The translations under genes were made by a program, and so were the position numbers. Below the pieces are notes generated by a model. It saw nothing but the letters and a program-made list of their open reading frames with translations. It did no database searches and was not told where the DNA came from. DNA of 64,000 nt from Vicinamibacteria bacterium (GTDB taxonomy: Bacteria > Acidobacteriota > Vicinamibacteria > Vicinamibacterales > JAENWD01): NCBI GenBank assembly GCA_963796915.1, contig CAWCNI010000002.1, positions 198,126 through 262,125 of the forward strand, in the 5' to 3' direction. How positions within the stretch are numbered: position 1 is the stretch's first letter; the number at the start of each line of letters is the position of its first letter. This document shows positions 1 through 10,451 of this stretch, one piece after another.

Positions 1-625
1 TGGCGCCGACCGGGCAGACGTCCATCAGGTTGCCCGAGAGGAGCGAGTGCACGCCCTGCTCGCTGAACGTGGAGATCTGACTGTCGTTGCCGCGCGCGAC
101 GATGCCGATCTGCGGATCGGTGTCGACCTCGCGCATGAACCGGACGCAGCGGGTGCAGAGAATGCACCGGTTGCGATTCAGCATCAGCGTCGGACCGAAG
201 TCGACGTCCGCTTTCACGCCTTCGCCGTCGAACGTGCGCCGCGGAAACTCCATGCGGCTCTCGGTGCGGCCGAAGGAATACGAGAAGTCCTGGAGCGGGC
301 ACTCGCCGCCCTTGTCGCAGACAGGGCAATCGAGCGGGTGGTTCATCAGGAGAAATTCGAAGACGCCGGCGCGCGCCTGGACGACGTCCGGCGTGTCGGT
401 CGACACCACCATGCCATCGCCGCAGGTCGTGGAGCAGGCCGTCTGCAGCTTGGCCATCTTCTCGATCTTGACCAGGCAGACACGACAGGAACCGTCGATT
501 CCGAGGCCGGGGTGATAGCAGTAATACGGCACGGAGAACCCGTGTTCGATGGCCGCCTGCAGGACGGTCTTGCCCTTCTCGACGCTGACCGCGGTGCCAT
601 CTATGGTGAGGGTGACGGTTTCCAT
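1..625 (-). CDS. nuoG: NADH-quinone oxidoreductase subunit G, N-terminal part (gene runs off the left edge)
   Basis: Absent from the ORF track because there is no stop in the window. The reverse complement from ATG (cat 623-625) reads METVTLTIDGTAVSVEKGKTVLQAAIEHGFSVPYYCYHPGLGIDGSCRVCLV...LMNHPLDCPVCDKGGECPLQDF...NRNRCILCTRCVRFMR. That is a 2Fe-2S ferredoxin-type Cys pattern followed by NuoG-type 4Fe-4S motifs. Confidence 0.8.
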   Translation of the reverse strand, partial: METVTLTIDGTAVSVEKGKTVLQAAIEHGFSVPYYCYHPGLGIDGSCRVCLVKIEKMAKLQTACSTTCGDGMVVSTDTPDVVQARAGVFEFLLMNHPLDCPVCDKGGECPLQDFSYSFGRTESRMEFPRRTFDGEGVKADVDFGPTLMLNRNRCILCTRCVRFMREVDTDPQIGIVARGNDSQISTFSEQGVHSLLSGNLMDVCPVGA

Positions 626-764
626 AGATCTCGAATCATATCATCCGTTCCCGGGCCTCCTGTGTCGTTCCGGCACGCGACTTCGCGCCGTTTCGCTCCC
701 GGTCTTGACAGCCCCCATGGCCGAGCCTAGAGTGCCTGAACATCCTGAACGGAGGCTCCCCGTC

Positions 765-1190
765 ATGCAGGCTCCCAGCGCCGGCGTGCGTCCAGGTTCT
801 GCCCTCGAGCGTGTCGTGGCCGTCACGGTTCTTCTGGCCACGTGCTGCGCCGCACTCCTGATCGTCCGGGAGCTGTGGCAGGCTCCCCCCGTCATCGCCC
901 AGGCCGTCGCCGATCCGACGAACACGCCGGGACCGGTCTCGACGCGAGCGATCTCGGTGCCGAGCCTGCTGTTGCGCGACGGCCGCCAGGTGAAGGTCGG
1001 CGACACATTGGAATCCGCGGAGCGGACGCTGGGCGGTGGTGTGCAGTCCCCGGGCCAGGTCGAAGGCCGCGGCGTACTCGGCGAACGCGTGACCCGCGAG
1101 TACGACGAGCAGGGCACGAAATTCGCCGTCGTCTTCGAGCCGTTTCAGCGCGGGGGCACCCTGCGCGTCGCCGGCATCTACCTGCAATAG
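765..1190 (+). CDS. hypothetical membrane-anchored protein (one N-terminal TM helix)
   Basis: In-frame part of ORF 549..1190. GGAGG lies 9 nt upstream of ATG 765. GC3 becomes high only after this ATG. Hydrophobic segment VVAVTVLLATCCAALLIV. No recognisable domain. Confidence 0.5.
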   Translation: MQAPSAGVRPGSALERVVAVTVLLATCCAALLIVRELWQAPPVIAQAVADPTNTPGPVSTRAISVPSLLLRDGRQVKVGDTLESAERTLGGGVQSPGQVEGRGVLGERVTREYDEQGTKFAVVFEPFQRGGTLRVAGIYLQ

Positions 1191-1211
1191 CCGCGCGCCG
1201 CGACCGCGGCG

Positions 1212-3908
1212 TCAGTGTGACAGCGGCGTCAGCCGGTCGCGATTCACCAGCACGCGGGCAAGACGCCCCTTGATCGGCCAGCTTGCCGTCGTCTCCGCCG
1301 CCCGGACGATCACCATCTGATCCTCCACGGTGCCGTTGACGTAGGCCAGCGACACTGTGACTGGAAACTCGAAGATGTGTCCCGGCGCCTGCGTCAGCTT
1401 CACTGTCACGGCGCTGCCGTCCGGCGCGACGGTCCACGCGCTGGTCAGCGCCGGCAGGTCCTGCCCCACGATCCACTCGTCGAAGAACGTGGTCAGCGTG
1501 CTGCCGGATTCCGCCTCGAAGGCGCGCTGCAGGTCGTCGGTGCCGGCCTTCTCGAACCGGTGTTCCGCGTAGAACCGGCGAAGCGCCCTGAAGAACGCGT
1601 CATCGCCCATCATCCGGCGCAGCATGTGCAGCGCGATGGCGCCCTTGTTGTAGACGAGCGCGCGGAATGTTCGGCCCGCGCCCTTCGTGTAGCCGAGGCG
1701 GTAGCCGAGGTACACCGGCCCCTGGTCGGAGTCGTCGTCGGCCCACCGCGCCAGCTGACGCAGCAGCGCCGCGAAGACCTGCGGGCCGCGCTGGTGCTCG
1801 GCAAAGAGCACGGCGAAGTACTGCGCCATGCCTTCGCTCAGCCACTGCTCGTGATAGTTCTTCCAGCCGACGGCCTGACCCCACCACTGGTGGGCGACTT
1901 CGTGCGCGACGAAGAAGTCCGGGTAGTCGTCAAATGCCGCCGGGTCGTCGCGCCACACGAACGGCGTGGTCGGCAGCGGCTGGTTGAGGATCGCGAGATA
2001 TCCCGGCGCGTGGCCGCCAGGCACGTTGCTTTCGACGACAGCCACGTTGAGGCTGGGATACGGCATGTCGTGGATGAGCGAGGCGTAGAAGGCGGCGATC
2101 TCTCCCGCACGTGCTGCGACTTCCCGCGCCCGTCCCCGTTGACGGACCGTGCTGAACACGCGCACCGGCAGCGAGCGCCCGGCATCAGCGGGCGCTGCCG
2201 ACGCTGTCAGTGACGACGCCGGCAGCGCGATGGTGACGGGCTCGCCCTGGACGAACCGCGAGATCACGCATCCGAGATAACGCACTGGCGCCGTGGCGAC
2301 AAAGACGTGCAGCTTCCGCGCCGGCGCGTCGTCGCTTGTGGCCCGGATGAGCACCGGCGACCCCGACGCCGGCTCGCCGCTGCAGGCGGCGGTAAAAGCG
2401 GCCGGCACCGTCATGCGAATGGTCGCGGTCGCGTAGTCGGAGGTCGTGGCCTGTGCGTACCAGGCGCTGCGATTGCTGTAGACGAAGTTCGGCTCGGGCT
2501 GCGCGACTTCGAGGACGTCGTTGTTGCGCGAGACGCTCTGATCGACAGCGATGTTCTCGCGGTCCACGCCCTGCGGCTCGAGGCGGCCCGCGTACTTGAC
2601 CGTCAGCACCAGCATGTCGTCGCGATGGGCGGGCGAGGGCAGGTTCACGACCATGCTGTTCTGGCCGCGCACGTGCAGGGCCAGCAGCCGCCCGTGCTTG
2701 TCGCTGCTCACCGACTGAACGACCAGTGACTCCGCCAGCCTGAGCGAGATGGCGCTCACGGCGAAGGCGCGGATCTTGATCGTGAGGCGGGTCGAGCCCT
2801 CCATCCAGAATCGGTCCGGCGCGAAGCTGTTGTCCACGCTGTAATCGAGGACGTCGTACTCCGCGTCGTCGTCTTCGTCGTACGAGCGCGGCCGCGTGGA
2901 GCGGCGGCTCGCCGACATGTACGTCGAGATGGTCCGATGGTGGCCGCGATCGAACAGCGAGATGTCCTCCGGGTCGCGGTTGGAATTCGCGTAGGTCAGC
3001 GTGCCGTACTTCGGCGCCGCGATATCGGCAAGGAACTCGCCTCCGGATGGCGCGAGCGACCACGGCACGCGGCTCAGATCGGCCAGCTCGAGCCCGAACG
3101 ACTTCGGGGACTGCTCGGTCAGCACTTCGCGGGCGCGCTCGAGGTCTCGCGAGGCCACCGTCATGCGCGTCAGCTGCGCCGCCGGCAGCCGGCTGGCCGA
3201 TTCGCCGGGCGGCATCCTGACGTAGGCCCAGGTGAACGGCGTGCGGAACTCTTCGCGGCCGCAATAGAGCTGCACCTGCCGGCGCTCTGTCGCCGTCGCC
3301 GGCTTGAAGACCATCTCGCCCTTGCCGAGCAGTACCGCCGCCGTGACCGCTCCGGCCGCCGTGGCGACGAACACGTCGCCTGTCGGCAGGTGCAGCTCGA
3401 AGTCCTCGGCCTGGATGACCAGATTGTGGGCGTGGTTACTGCAGCGAGGGATCCAGCTCGAGACGATAGAGCCCGTCGACAGGTACCTGACGGTCACCGC
3501 GCGGGTGACGAGCCATCCCGTGTCGCGCGGTTCGGTGTCCAGCGTCCAGGTGGCGAGGCGACCGTTCTTGCCCGCTTCGACGAGCACTTCGACAGCGAGG
3601 CGGATGCCGCCGCCCGGCAGGGTTTGCCGGTCGCGTTCGTGGATCGCCGCGCGTGTCGTCCCGGCGACCACCCACTGGCTGACGAACGCGCGCACTTCAT
3701 CACGCGCGGGATCGAGCGTCGAGAGTGAAAGGAAGTCCTTCGGCGCGCCGGTTGTCAGCGCCGTTTCCAGCTTCAGGAGGAGTTCCGTCGGGCCGTCGGC
3801 CTTGCCCGCCTGCAGGGCAGGGTCCGGCGCCGACGGCGCCGCGAACGCGAGTCCGACCACGCCCCACACGAGCAGGGCACCGCGAACCAGGCGGCGAATC
3901 CGACGCAT
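1212..3908 (-). CDS. M1-family zinc aminopeptidase (aminopeptidase N-like), exported
   Basis: 898-aa ORF with a signal-like N-terminus (MRRIRRLVRGALLVWGVVGLAFA). Gluzincin motif HEVAHQWWG followed 18 residues later by E (WLSEG). Confidence 0.9.
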   Translation of the reverse strand: MRRIRRLVRGALLVWGVVGLAFAAPSAPDPALQAGKADGPTELLLKLETALTTGAPKDFLSLSTLDPARDEVRAFVSQWVVAGTTRAAIHERDRQTLPGGGIRLAVEVLVEAGKNGRLATWTLDTEPRDTGWLVTRAVTVRYLSTGSIVSSWIPRCSNHAHNLVIQAEDFELHLPTGDVFVATAAGAVTAAVLLGKGEMVFKPATATERRQVQLYCGREEFRTPFTWAYVRMPPGESASRLPAAQLTRMTVASRDLERAREVLTEQSPKSFGLELADLSRVPWSLAPSGGEFLADIAAPKYGTLTYANSNRDPEDISLFDRGHHRTISTYMSASRRSTRPRSYDEDDDAEYDVLDYSVDNSFAPDRFWMEGSTRLTIKIRAFAVSAISLRLAESLVVQSVSSDKHGRLLALHVRGQNSMVVNLPSPAHRDDMLVLTVKYAGRLEPQGVDRENIAVDQSVSRNNDVLEVAQPEPNFVYSNRSAWYAQATTSDYATATIRMTVPAAFTAACSGEPASGSPVLIRATSDDAPARKLHVFVATAPVRYLGCVISRFVQGEPVTIALPASSLTASAAPADAGRSLPVRVFSTVRQRGRAREVAARAGEIAAFYASLIHDMPYPSLNVAVVESNVPGGHAPGYLAILNQPLPTTPFVWRDDPAAFDDYPDFFVAHEVAHQWWGQAVGWKNYHEQWLSEGMAQYFAVLFAEHQRGPQVFAALLRQLARWADDDSDQGPVYLGYRLGYTKGAGRTFRALVYNKGAIALHMLRRMMGDDAFFRALRRFYAEHRFEKAGTDDLQRAFEAESGSTLTTFFDEWIVGQDLPALTSAWTVAPDGSAVTVKLTQAPGHIFEFPVTVSLAYVNGTVEDQMVIVRAAETTASWPIKGRLARVLVNRDRLTPLSH

Positions 3909-4011
3909 CAGCTGGCGGCGACTACTTTACATCCGGAGCCCGGCAGAATCGGGCACGGGCGCGCACGTTTGGTGGGGGCCGGTCCCACCTGTTTCGATTC
4001 GACGCGGGGTG

Positions 4012-5256
4012 TCAGGCCTCGATGACCGGCAGCGGCATCGGCCTTCTCACCGCAAGAACCGTGAGGTCGTCGGCGATCTTCGCCCCGGCGGCGTGGGCTT
4101 CGACAGCTCTGAGCACGGAAGTGCCCAGGGTGGCGAGGTCCTGCCACCAGTGCTGCCCGATCACGAGCTGCAGGCCGGCGTCCTCGAACGCCACGCCGGC
4201 GTCGTTTTCTGCCTCGGTGACGCCGTCGCTGAACAGGACCAGCACGTCACCGGGGGCAAGGATCAGGCTGCCGGCCGTGTAGGACGCCTGATCGAACATC
4301 CCGAGCGCCATGCCGCCTTCGGTGAGGCGTTCAACCTGTCCGGCGGCGCGACGCAGCATGGGCGGGTTCTGGCCGGCGTTCATGTACGTCAGGCCGCCAG
4401 TGTCCGGATCGTAGAGGCCGACCACCATGGTGACGAAGCGCGAGCCCGGTGCGTGACGGCTCACCTGGACATTGAGGCGCGTGGCCAGCTCCGCGGGCTC
4501 GAGGCCTTCGTCGATCAGCACGCGCAGCATCGCGACGACCAGGGCCATCAGCAGCGCGGCAGGGCTCCCTTTGCCCGCCACGTCGCCAAGAGCGAAGGCG
4601 ACGCGGCCGTCCGGCCTCCGCAGCACGTCGTACAAATCGCCGCCGACGGTGTTGGCAGGCCGCGTGACGCCGAACGCCTCGATGCCAGTGGCAGCGTAAA
4701 TCTCGCGCGGCAGCATTGCCTGCTGGATCTCGCGCGCGACTTCGAGGTCCTTCTTCAGCGTCAGGCGGTCAGCGACTTCGAGCAGGATCAGCAGGTTGAG
4801 CGCGATGAAGCCGCCGAGCAGCCACAGCGTGCCGTCGGGCCACGTCAGCCCGGGCACGCCGATGTGCATCACGCCCGGAATAATCGGCACGCGCACGACC
4901 TTGACGCCGGAAAACAGGCTGATCATTCCAATCAGCGCCATCACCAGGGCGATGCCGTAGATCAGGCGACGCGACGGGGAGAGGCGAAGCGTAAACGCCA
5001 GGAACGCGCGCCGCGCGTACTCGGCCGCCCGGATATGCCATGGCAGGTTGGACAGCTCTTCGGCCTTGATGGCCTTCGCAAACATCTGCCACGCCTCGGG
5101 CGTCTCCCGCGTGAACACACGCTGGAAGTCGTCGGCGCGCAGATCGCGCGTGTAGGTCTCGAAGAATTCCCAGACGCGCGCGACTGGCGGCGGTGGACCG
5201 CCGGGGCGCTCCGCCTTCACCTTTGCCTTCCGCCACGCGGTGCGCGCGCTCGCCAT
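4012..5256 (-). CDS. SpoIIE/PP2C-family serine phosphatase with N-terminal membrane segments
   Basis: C-terminal half matches the SpoIIE/PP2C pattern (GGDLYDV...ALGDVAGKG...[11 protein letters not shown]...[11 protein letters not shown]). Start set at MASARTAW (cat 5254-5256) with GGGAG upstream. The first 62 aa of ORF 4012..5442 belong to the kbl tail, not to this gene. Confidence 0.85.
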   Translation of the reverse strand: MASARTAWRKAKVKAERPGGPPPPVARVWEFFETYTRDLRADDFQRVFTRETPEAWQMFAKAIKAEELSNLPWHIRAAEYARRAFLAFTLRLSPSRRLIYGIALVMALIGMISLFSGVKVVRVPIIPGVMHIGVPGLTWPDGTLWLLGGFIALNLLILLEVADRLTLKKDLEVAREIQQAMLPREIYAATGIEAFGVTRPANTVGGDLYDVLRRPDGRVAFALGDVAGKGSPAALLMALVVAMLRVLIDEGLEPAELATRLNVQVSRHAPGSRFVTMVVGLYDPDTGGLTYMNAGQNPPMLRRAAGQVERLTEGGMALGMFDQASYTAGSLILAPGDVLVLFSDGVTEAENDAGVAFEDAGLQLVIGQHWWQDLATLGTSVLRAVEAHAAGAKIADDLTVLAVRRPMPLPVIEA

Positions 5257-5290
5257 TGATCTCCCTGCTGCTGTTCTGCGGAATGGCGCG

Positions 5291-6484
5291 TCAGCCCTGC
5301 ACGATGCCGAGCGCCGCCCGACGCGCGCAAACGTGTCGAGCGCGAACTGAAGTTCTTCGCGCGTATGGGTGGCGGTGACGATCGTCCGGACGCGCGCCTT
5401 GTCGCGCGCCACGGTGGGAAAGCCGATGCCCTGCGCGAACACTCCCTGCGCGAAAAGCGATCCGACAGCGTCATCGCGAGCGCGCCTCGCCGACGATGAC
5501 CGGCGTGATCGGGCTCTCGCTGGGCCCGGTGTTGAAGCCGAGCCGCTTCAATCCGTCCTTGAAGAACCGCGTGTTCTCCCAGAGTCGATCGATGATCTCG
5601 GGCTCCTCCTGCAGAACGTCGAGGGCGGCCAGGCAGGCCGCGGCCACCGACGGCGGATGCGACGTCGAGAACAGGAACGGGCGTGCCCGATGGTAGCAGG
5701 AACTCGATGAAGGCGCGGCTGCCGGCGACATAGCCGCCCAGCGCGCCGATCGCCTTCGAAAGCGTGCCGACCTGGACGTCGACCCGGCCGTGACATCCCG
5801 AAGTGATCGACGGTGCCGCGGCCGTTCCTGCCCGAACACGCCGCTCGCGTGCGCGTCGTCCACCATCATGATGCAGCCGTACTCTTCCGCGAGCGCGCAC
5901 AGGCCGGGCAGCGGCCCGAGGTCGCCGTCCATGCTGAAGACGCCGTCGGTGATGAGCAGCTTGCGCTGCGCGGCCGGCAGTCGCGCCAGGACGTGCGCGC
6001 GCGCGTCGACGTCCTTGTGCGGGAAGACCTTGATCGTCGCGCGGCTGAGCCGGCAGCCGTCGATGATGCTGGCGTGGTTCAGCTCGTCGGAGATGACGAT
6101 GTCGTCCTTCGTTGAGCATCGCCGAGACTGTGCCGGCGTTCGCGGTGAATCCGCTCTGGAAGACGACGGTGGCTTCGGTCTGCTTGAACTCCGCCAGCCG
6201 CTGCTCGAGCTCCATGTGAATGGCCATGGTGCCCGCGATCGTGCGGACCGAACCAGTGCCGACGCCATATCGTTCCAGCGCCTGCAAGCGCGCGCTCCCG
6301 CAGCCTCGGGTGCGTCGTCAGGCCGAGATAGTTGTTCGACGAGAGGTTGACGACGGAGCGGCCGTCGAAGGTCGTGTGCGGCTTCTGCGCTCGTCCTGAG
6401 GATGCGAAGGTGCCGGTAGAGGCCCTGCGCTTTGAGTGACTCGAGCTCGGTGGACAGATACCCGAGGGGGTCGATGCGCGACAT
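5291..6484 (-). pseudogene. kbl: 2-amino-3-ketobutyrate CoA ligase (glycine C-acetyltransferase), interrupted by about nine frameshifts
   Basis: Kbl/BioF-family segments are spread over all three minus frames (ORFs 5471..6484, 6079..6492, 5217..6287 and the head of 4012..5442). Examples: [71 protein letters not shown]. Terminal AALGIVQG-stop (tca 5291-5293) is in yet another frame. Confidence 0.85.
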
Positions 6485-6527
6485 GGAGACACTCTATCAG
6501 TGCCGGCGGGTGCGGGCGGCCGGGCGG

Positions 6528-8489
6528 CTAGCGAGGCAGCTCATACAACGCGTCGTTCCCGAACGCGTCGAGGCGGCGGGCCCCGTGAGCGGATAGCCAG
6601 GCATCCAGTTCCAGCACCTCGCCGTGGACATACGCGGCCTGGTGGACGATGACGTGGGTGACGCGGTTCCTGACCAGGCACTCCCACGCCTGATCGGGCC
6701 GGCGGAGCGGCATGGTCAGCAGCGCCAGCGTCCGGTAGTAGCCGCCGGGGATGCCGCCGCTGTAGCCGTTCAACACCGGATGATCATGAACTGACGCATA
6801 GTAGACCGCTCGAAGTTCCCAGGCTTCAGGTCCGAACGGGAGCTCCGCGATCACGGTATCGGCAGGCAGCGTCTTCAGGAGGCGGTAGACGCGCGGCGCC
6901 TCATAGGCCGGGAGCACGCGGGGCGGTGGCTGCGCGAAGCCATCGACCGCCGGGTTCAGGTTCATGTCGAAGGGCACCGCTGTCGTCTCGATCAGCACGA
7001 GGAGCGAGAGCCCCGCCATCCAGAGCGGGCCCGCCCGACGGCGATCGAGCGTCGCCAGCGCGTAGCCGGCCAGCACCGAAAGGCCGGCAAAGGCGACCAT
7101 CGCGAGCCGCGCAGGGACCCGCAGCCCGTCGAAGCCCGGCACGTGCTCGTACAGCCAGAGGTACGGGCCTGCCTGGCTGAGAATCCGTCCGCCGGACCGG
7201 GGCTGAGGGCCGAGCGAGAGGGCGACGGCGGTCACCACGACGAGAACTGCCCACGGCCGCAGATCCGTCGAAACCGCCAGGAATGCCCTCGCGCGGCGCG
7301 ACGTGGCGGCCAGGACGGCCAGACACGCCGCGGCGACGACGACCAGCCGCCCCAGATCGTGCACCGACAACGCGATCTGACCGAACCCGAGGGTGAACCC
7401 CGCCGTCCAGATCGCCACGGAAAGCACGACGCCAATCACAGCGAGAAGTGACGCGGCCGCGATCGCCGCGTTCTGCCGCAGTCGTCCCGGCGTCTCGCTC
7501 GTGCCGGCAGTCTCTCGCCATCGCTGACCGGCGTAGAGGACGATCCCGGCGACGGCGGAGACCAGCAGCACGCCCCCGGGGAAGGTATCGCCTTCCGACT
7601 TCTTGAGCAGCCCGAGCCACGGGCCCCAGACGCGGATGCGCTCGGTGACAGTCAGATAGCTCCAGAGGTCGGCCGAGTAGCGCAGCAGATCCGCGACGCT
7701 GCGCGGCGCGAAGCCCAGACGGCGCAACTCGAGATACGGCGCCAGGAATGGCCAGACGATCAGCGCGTCGACGCCGCCAAACGCCGCCAGCGTCGCCAGC
7801 AGCCGCCAGTCGCGCCATCGGGCACGGGCGGTGATCTCCCAGGCGGCGTAGAACGCGACAAACGGCGTGAAGTAGATCAGGTAGTAGCCGCAGGCCAGCT
7901 GCTGCGCGACCAGCGACGCGAGCGCGCCGGCAAGCGCACGCGGCCGTCCGGCGGTGAAGTACCGCCGCAGCGCATAGAGCGTGAACGGCATCCACTCCGA
8001 CGACAGCACCTGCAGGTGCGGCGTCTGCGAGATTCGGTAGGGGAGAAAGGCGAAGCAGAGGCCGGCGACCAGCGCCGCTCGCGGCCGCCCCGTCAACTCG
8101 CGCACGAGGAGAAACATCCCGAGCCCCGACAACACGTAGCTGGCGAGGAACACGACGTTGTAGCAGAGGATCACATTGCCGCTGGCGAGCCACACCGGCA
8201 ATGCCATGACAACTTCGGTAAAGAGGTGTTCCGAATAGGCCAGCGCGTACGGCGCGGGATAGTAGATGTTCGCCTGCCACCACCTGGCGTACGCCGTCAG
8301 GTCTCCGGTCAGGAACGCGACCAGATGTTTCTCGCCCCACGACAGGATGTAACTGTTGAGGACGGGGTCGCCGAGGTCACCCGGCAGGGAGCCGCCCAGG
8401 TCCAGCATCAGCGGCCACGTCATCGCCAGCGTTGCCGCGAGGTACAGCGCGGTCGCTGTCAGCGGCGTGAGGGAGGGCGCCTTGGTCAC
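6528..8489 (-). CDS. large polytopic membrane protein, putative GT-C-fold (PMT/ArnT-like) glycosyltransferase, paralog A
   Basis: ORF 6528..8645 trimmed to GTG at 8487-8489. This GTG overlaps the upstream paralog's TGA (GTGA) and aligns with the N-terminus of paralog B. Many TM helices plus a C-terminal soluble part with HPVLNGYSGG. Family assignment is tentative. Confidence 0.75.
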   Translation of the reverse strand: MTKAPSLTPLTATALYLAATLAMTWPLMLDLGGSLPGDLGDPVLNSYILSWGEKHLVAFLTGDLTAYARWWQANIYYPAPYALAYSEHLFTEVVMALPVWLASGNVILCYNVVFLASYVLSGLGMFLLVRELTGRPRAALVAGLCFAFLPYRISQTPHLQVLSSEWMPFTLYALRRYFTAGRPRALAGALASLVAQQLACGYYLIYFTPFVAFYAAWEITARARWRDWRLLATLAAFGGVDALIVWPFLAPYLELRRLGFAPRSVADLLRYSADLWSYLTVTERIRVWGPWLGLLKKSEGDTFPGGVLLVSAVAGIVLYAGQRWRETAGTSETPGRLRQNAAIAAASLLAVIGVVLSVAIWTAGFTLGFGQIALSVHDLGRLVVVAAACLAVLAATSRRARAFLAVSTDLRPWAVLVVVTAVALSLGPQPRSGGRILSQAGPYLWLYEHVPGFDGLRVPARLAMVAFAGLSVLAGYALATLDRRRAGPLWMAGLSLLVLIETTAVPFDMNLNPAVDGFAQPPPRVLPAYEAPRVYRLLKTLPADTVIAELPFGPEAWELRAVYYASVHDHPVLNGYSGGIPGGYYRTLALLTMPLRRPDQAWECLVRNRVTHVIVHQAAYVHGEVLELDAWLSAHGARRLDAFGNDALYELPR

Positions 8490-10439
8490 GACGGCATCTG
8501 GTACAGAAAGTCCGGCCCCTCGACGCGAATCGGGACAGCGCCGTGGCGCTTCAACCACTGGTCCATCGCCTCGGCGCCCGCTGCCCGATAGGCGTTGCGA
8601 TGCACGATCACGTGCGAGGCGCCAGATTCGCGCAGTCTGCTCCACGCCGCTTCAGGATCGTCCAGGATGTGCGCGTAGATCTTGACCGCCGGTGCGTACC
8701 ACGCGGGAAAGCCGCCGCTGTAGCCGTTCACGAGGGGATGCCGATGCAGTCGCTGATAGAACAGCGCCTGAAGGTCCCAGGGTTTGGACCCGAACGGGAA
8801 CTCGATGACCACGGACTCGGCCGGCAGCGCGGCGACATAGCGGTACACCATCGGTGCATCCAGACCCATGGTCACGCGATTGGGGGCCAGGCCGTAGCCT
8901 TCGGCATCGAGCTGCGCGTTGAGCGAGATCGGCGCGCCACTCGACTCGATCAGGAAGAGCACGCCAACGGCGATCAAGACGAGGCTGCCGTGACGCCACG
9001 CCCGGGCGATCGCCCGCGCGCCGAATGCCGCCAGCACCGCCAGGCCGCAGGCGGTCAGCATGCTGAACCGCGCCGGCACGCGCAGCCCGTCGAAACCGGG
9101 CACGTGCCAGTAGAGCTGCGCGTAGAGCGACGGCAGGTTGGTCACCTCACCGCGGATCGTCGGCACCGGGCCGAGGGCCAGCCACATCGCGGCAACAGTC
9201 ATGAGGACAAAGAAACCGAGCGCCGAGCCGGGCACGCCGCGCACCATGTGCCGGAGACGATGCGACAGCGCAAGGAGGCCGATCGCGCACGCCGCGGCCA
9301 GCGCCCACGCCTTCCACTGATCGTGCAGTCGCAGGATGACGCCGGCCACTGTCCATGCCGGGTCGCGCGTGACGCTGACGACGAGCGCGAAGATCACCAG
9401 CACGACCGTCGCCAGCAAAAGGAAGACCGCCAGCGCCTGTCCGGCCGGGCCAACGGCGGGGATGTCCCGAGACGAGCGCACCACCGTGCGGAATCTCGCC
9501 GCCAGGCCGGCCAGCGCCAGCAGCGGAACTACGGCGCCCGGAAAGAGCTCGCCTTCGGCGCGAACGAACGTCTGGAGCCAGCCCCAGACGTGATTGGCCG
9601 GCGCCGCGGTGCCAAGCGCCAGCACGTCGGCCGAGTAGCGCATGACTTCGTCGAGCTGTCGCGGAGGAAAGCCGAGAGCGCGGAGCATCAGGTACGGCCG
9701 GACGAACGGCCACGTCAGCGCGGCCACCGCGGCGCCAGCGACCAGCAGCGCCAGCCAGATTCGCGGCGAGCGCCAGCGGCCGCGATCGCACAGCTCGTAC
9801 AGGCAATAGGCGCCGATGAACGGCGTGAAGTAGACCAGGAAGTACCCGCACGAGAGGTTCTGCGCGAGCCAGGCGAGCGCGCCGCCTGCCAGCGGTCGCA
9901 GCCGGCCCGTCACGAAGAAACGCCGGAAGCCGAAGAGCGCGAGCGGAAACCATCCGGCCGACAGGACCTGCAGGTGCGAGGTACTGCGGCAGGCGGTAGA
10001 GCGCGAAGGCGTAGAAGGCGCCGCCGAGCCACGCCGCGGCCCGGTCTGCTGTCAGCTCGTGCGTCAGCAGGTACGCCCCGACGCCGGAAATGACGAACGT
10101 CGAGAGAAACAGCAGGTTGTAGCAGAGCACGATGTTGCCGGTGAGGGCGTAGATCGGCGCGATCTGCAGTACCTGGGCAAAGAGGTGTTCAGAGTAGGCC
10201 AGTGCATACGGCGCGGGGTGAAAGATCGGCGGCTGCCAGTAGTCGCGGAACGCGTCGAGGTGGCCGTGGAGCAGCGCGATCACATGGTCCGCGCCCCACG
10301 ACAGGATCCAGCAGTTGAGCACGGAGTCGCCGAGATCAACCGGCAGTGCCGTGGTGATCTGCGACGTCAGAGGCCAGGTGGCGACCAGCGCGAGCAGAAC
10401 GTAGGAAGCGGCCGCGCGCCACGCGGAATTCTCGACCAC
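8486..10439 (-). pseudogene. paralog B of the GT-C-like membrane protein, one frameshift near 9950
   Basis: ORF 9147..10439 carries the N-terminal third and ORF 8486..9913 the rest. The junction reads ...AFALYRLPQ / TSHLQVLSAGWFPLALFGFRRFFVTGRLRPLAGG, matching paralog A (YRISQTPHLQVLSSEWMPF). This could be a real pseudogene or a base-call error. Confidence 0.75.
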
Positions 10440-10451
10440 GCGGGCGACCTG

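Noticed and set aside
5257-5442. N-terminal 62 aa of ORF 4012..5442 as part of the SpoIIE phosphatase
   Set aside because: [41 protein letters not shown] is the C-terminal region of Kbl. The phosphatase has its own GGGAG-ATG at 5256.
8490-8645. N-terminal extension of ORF 6528..8645 overlapping the upstream paralog by 160 nt
   Set aside because: The GTG at 8489 overlapping the upstream TGA aligns with the paralog's N-terminus. The extension is Arg-rich and unaligned.
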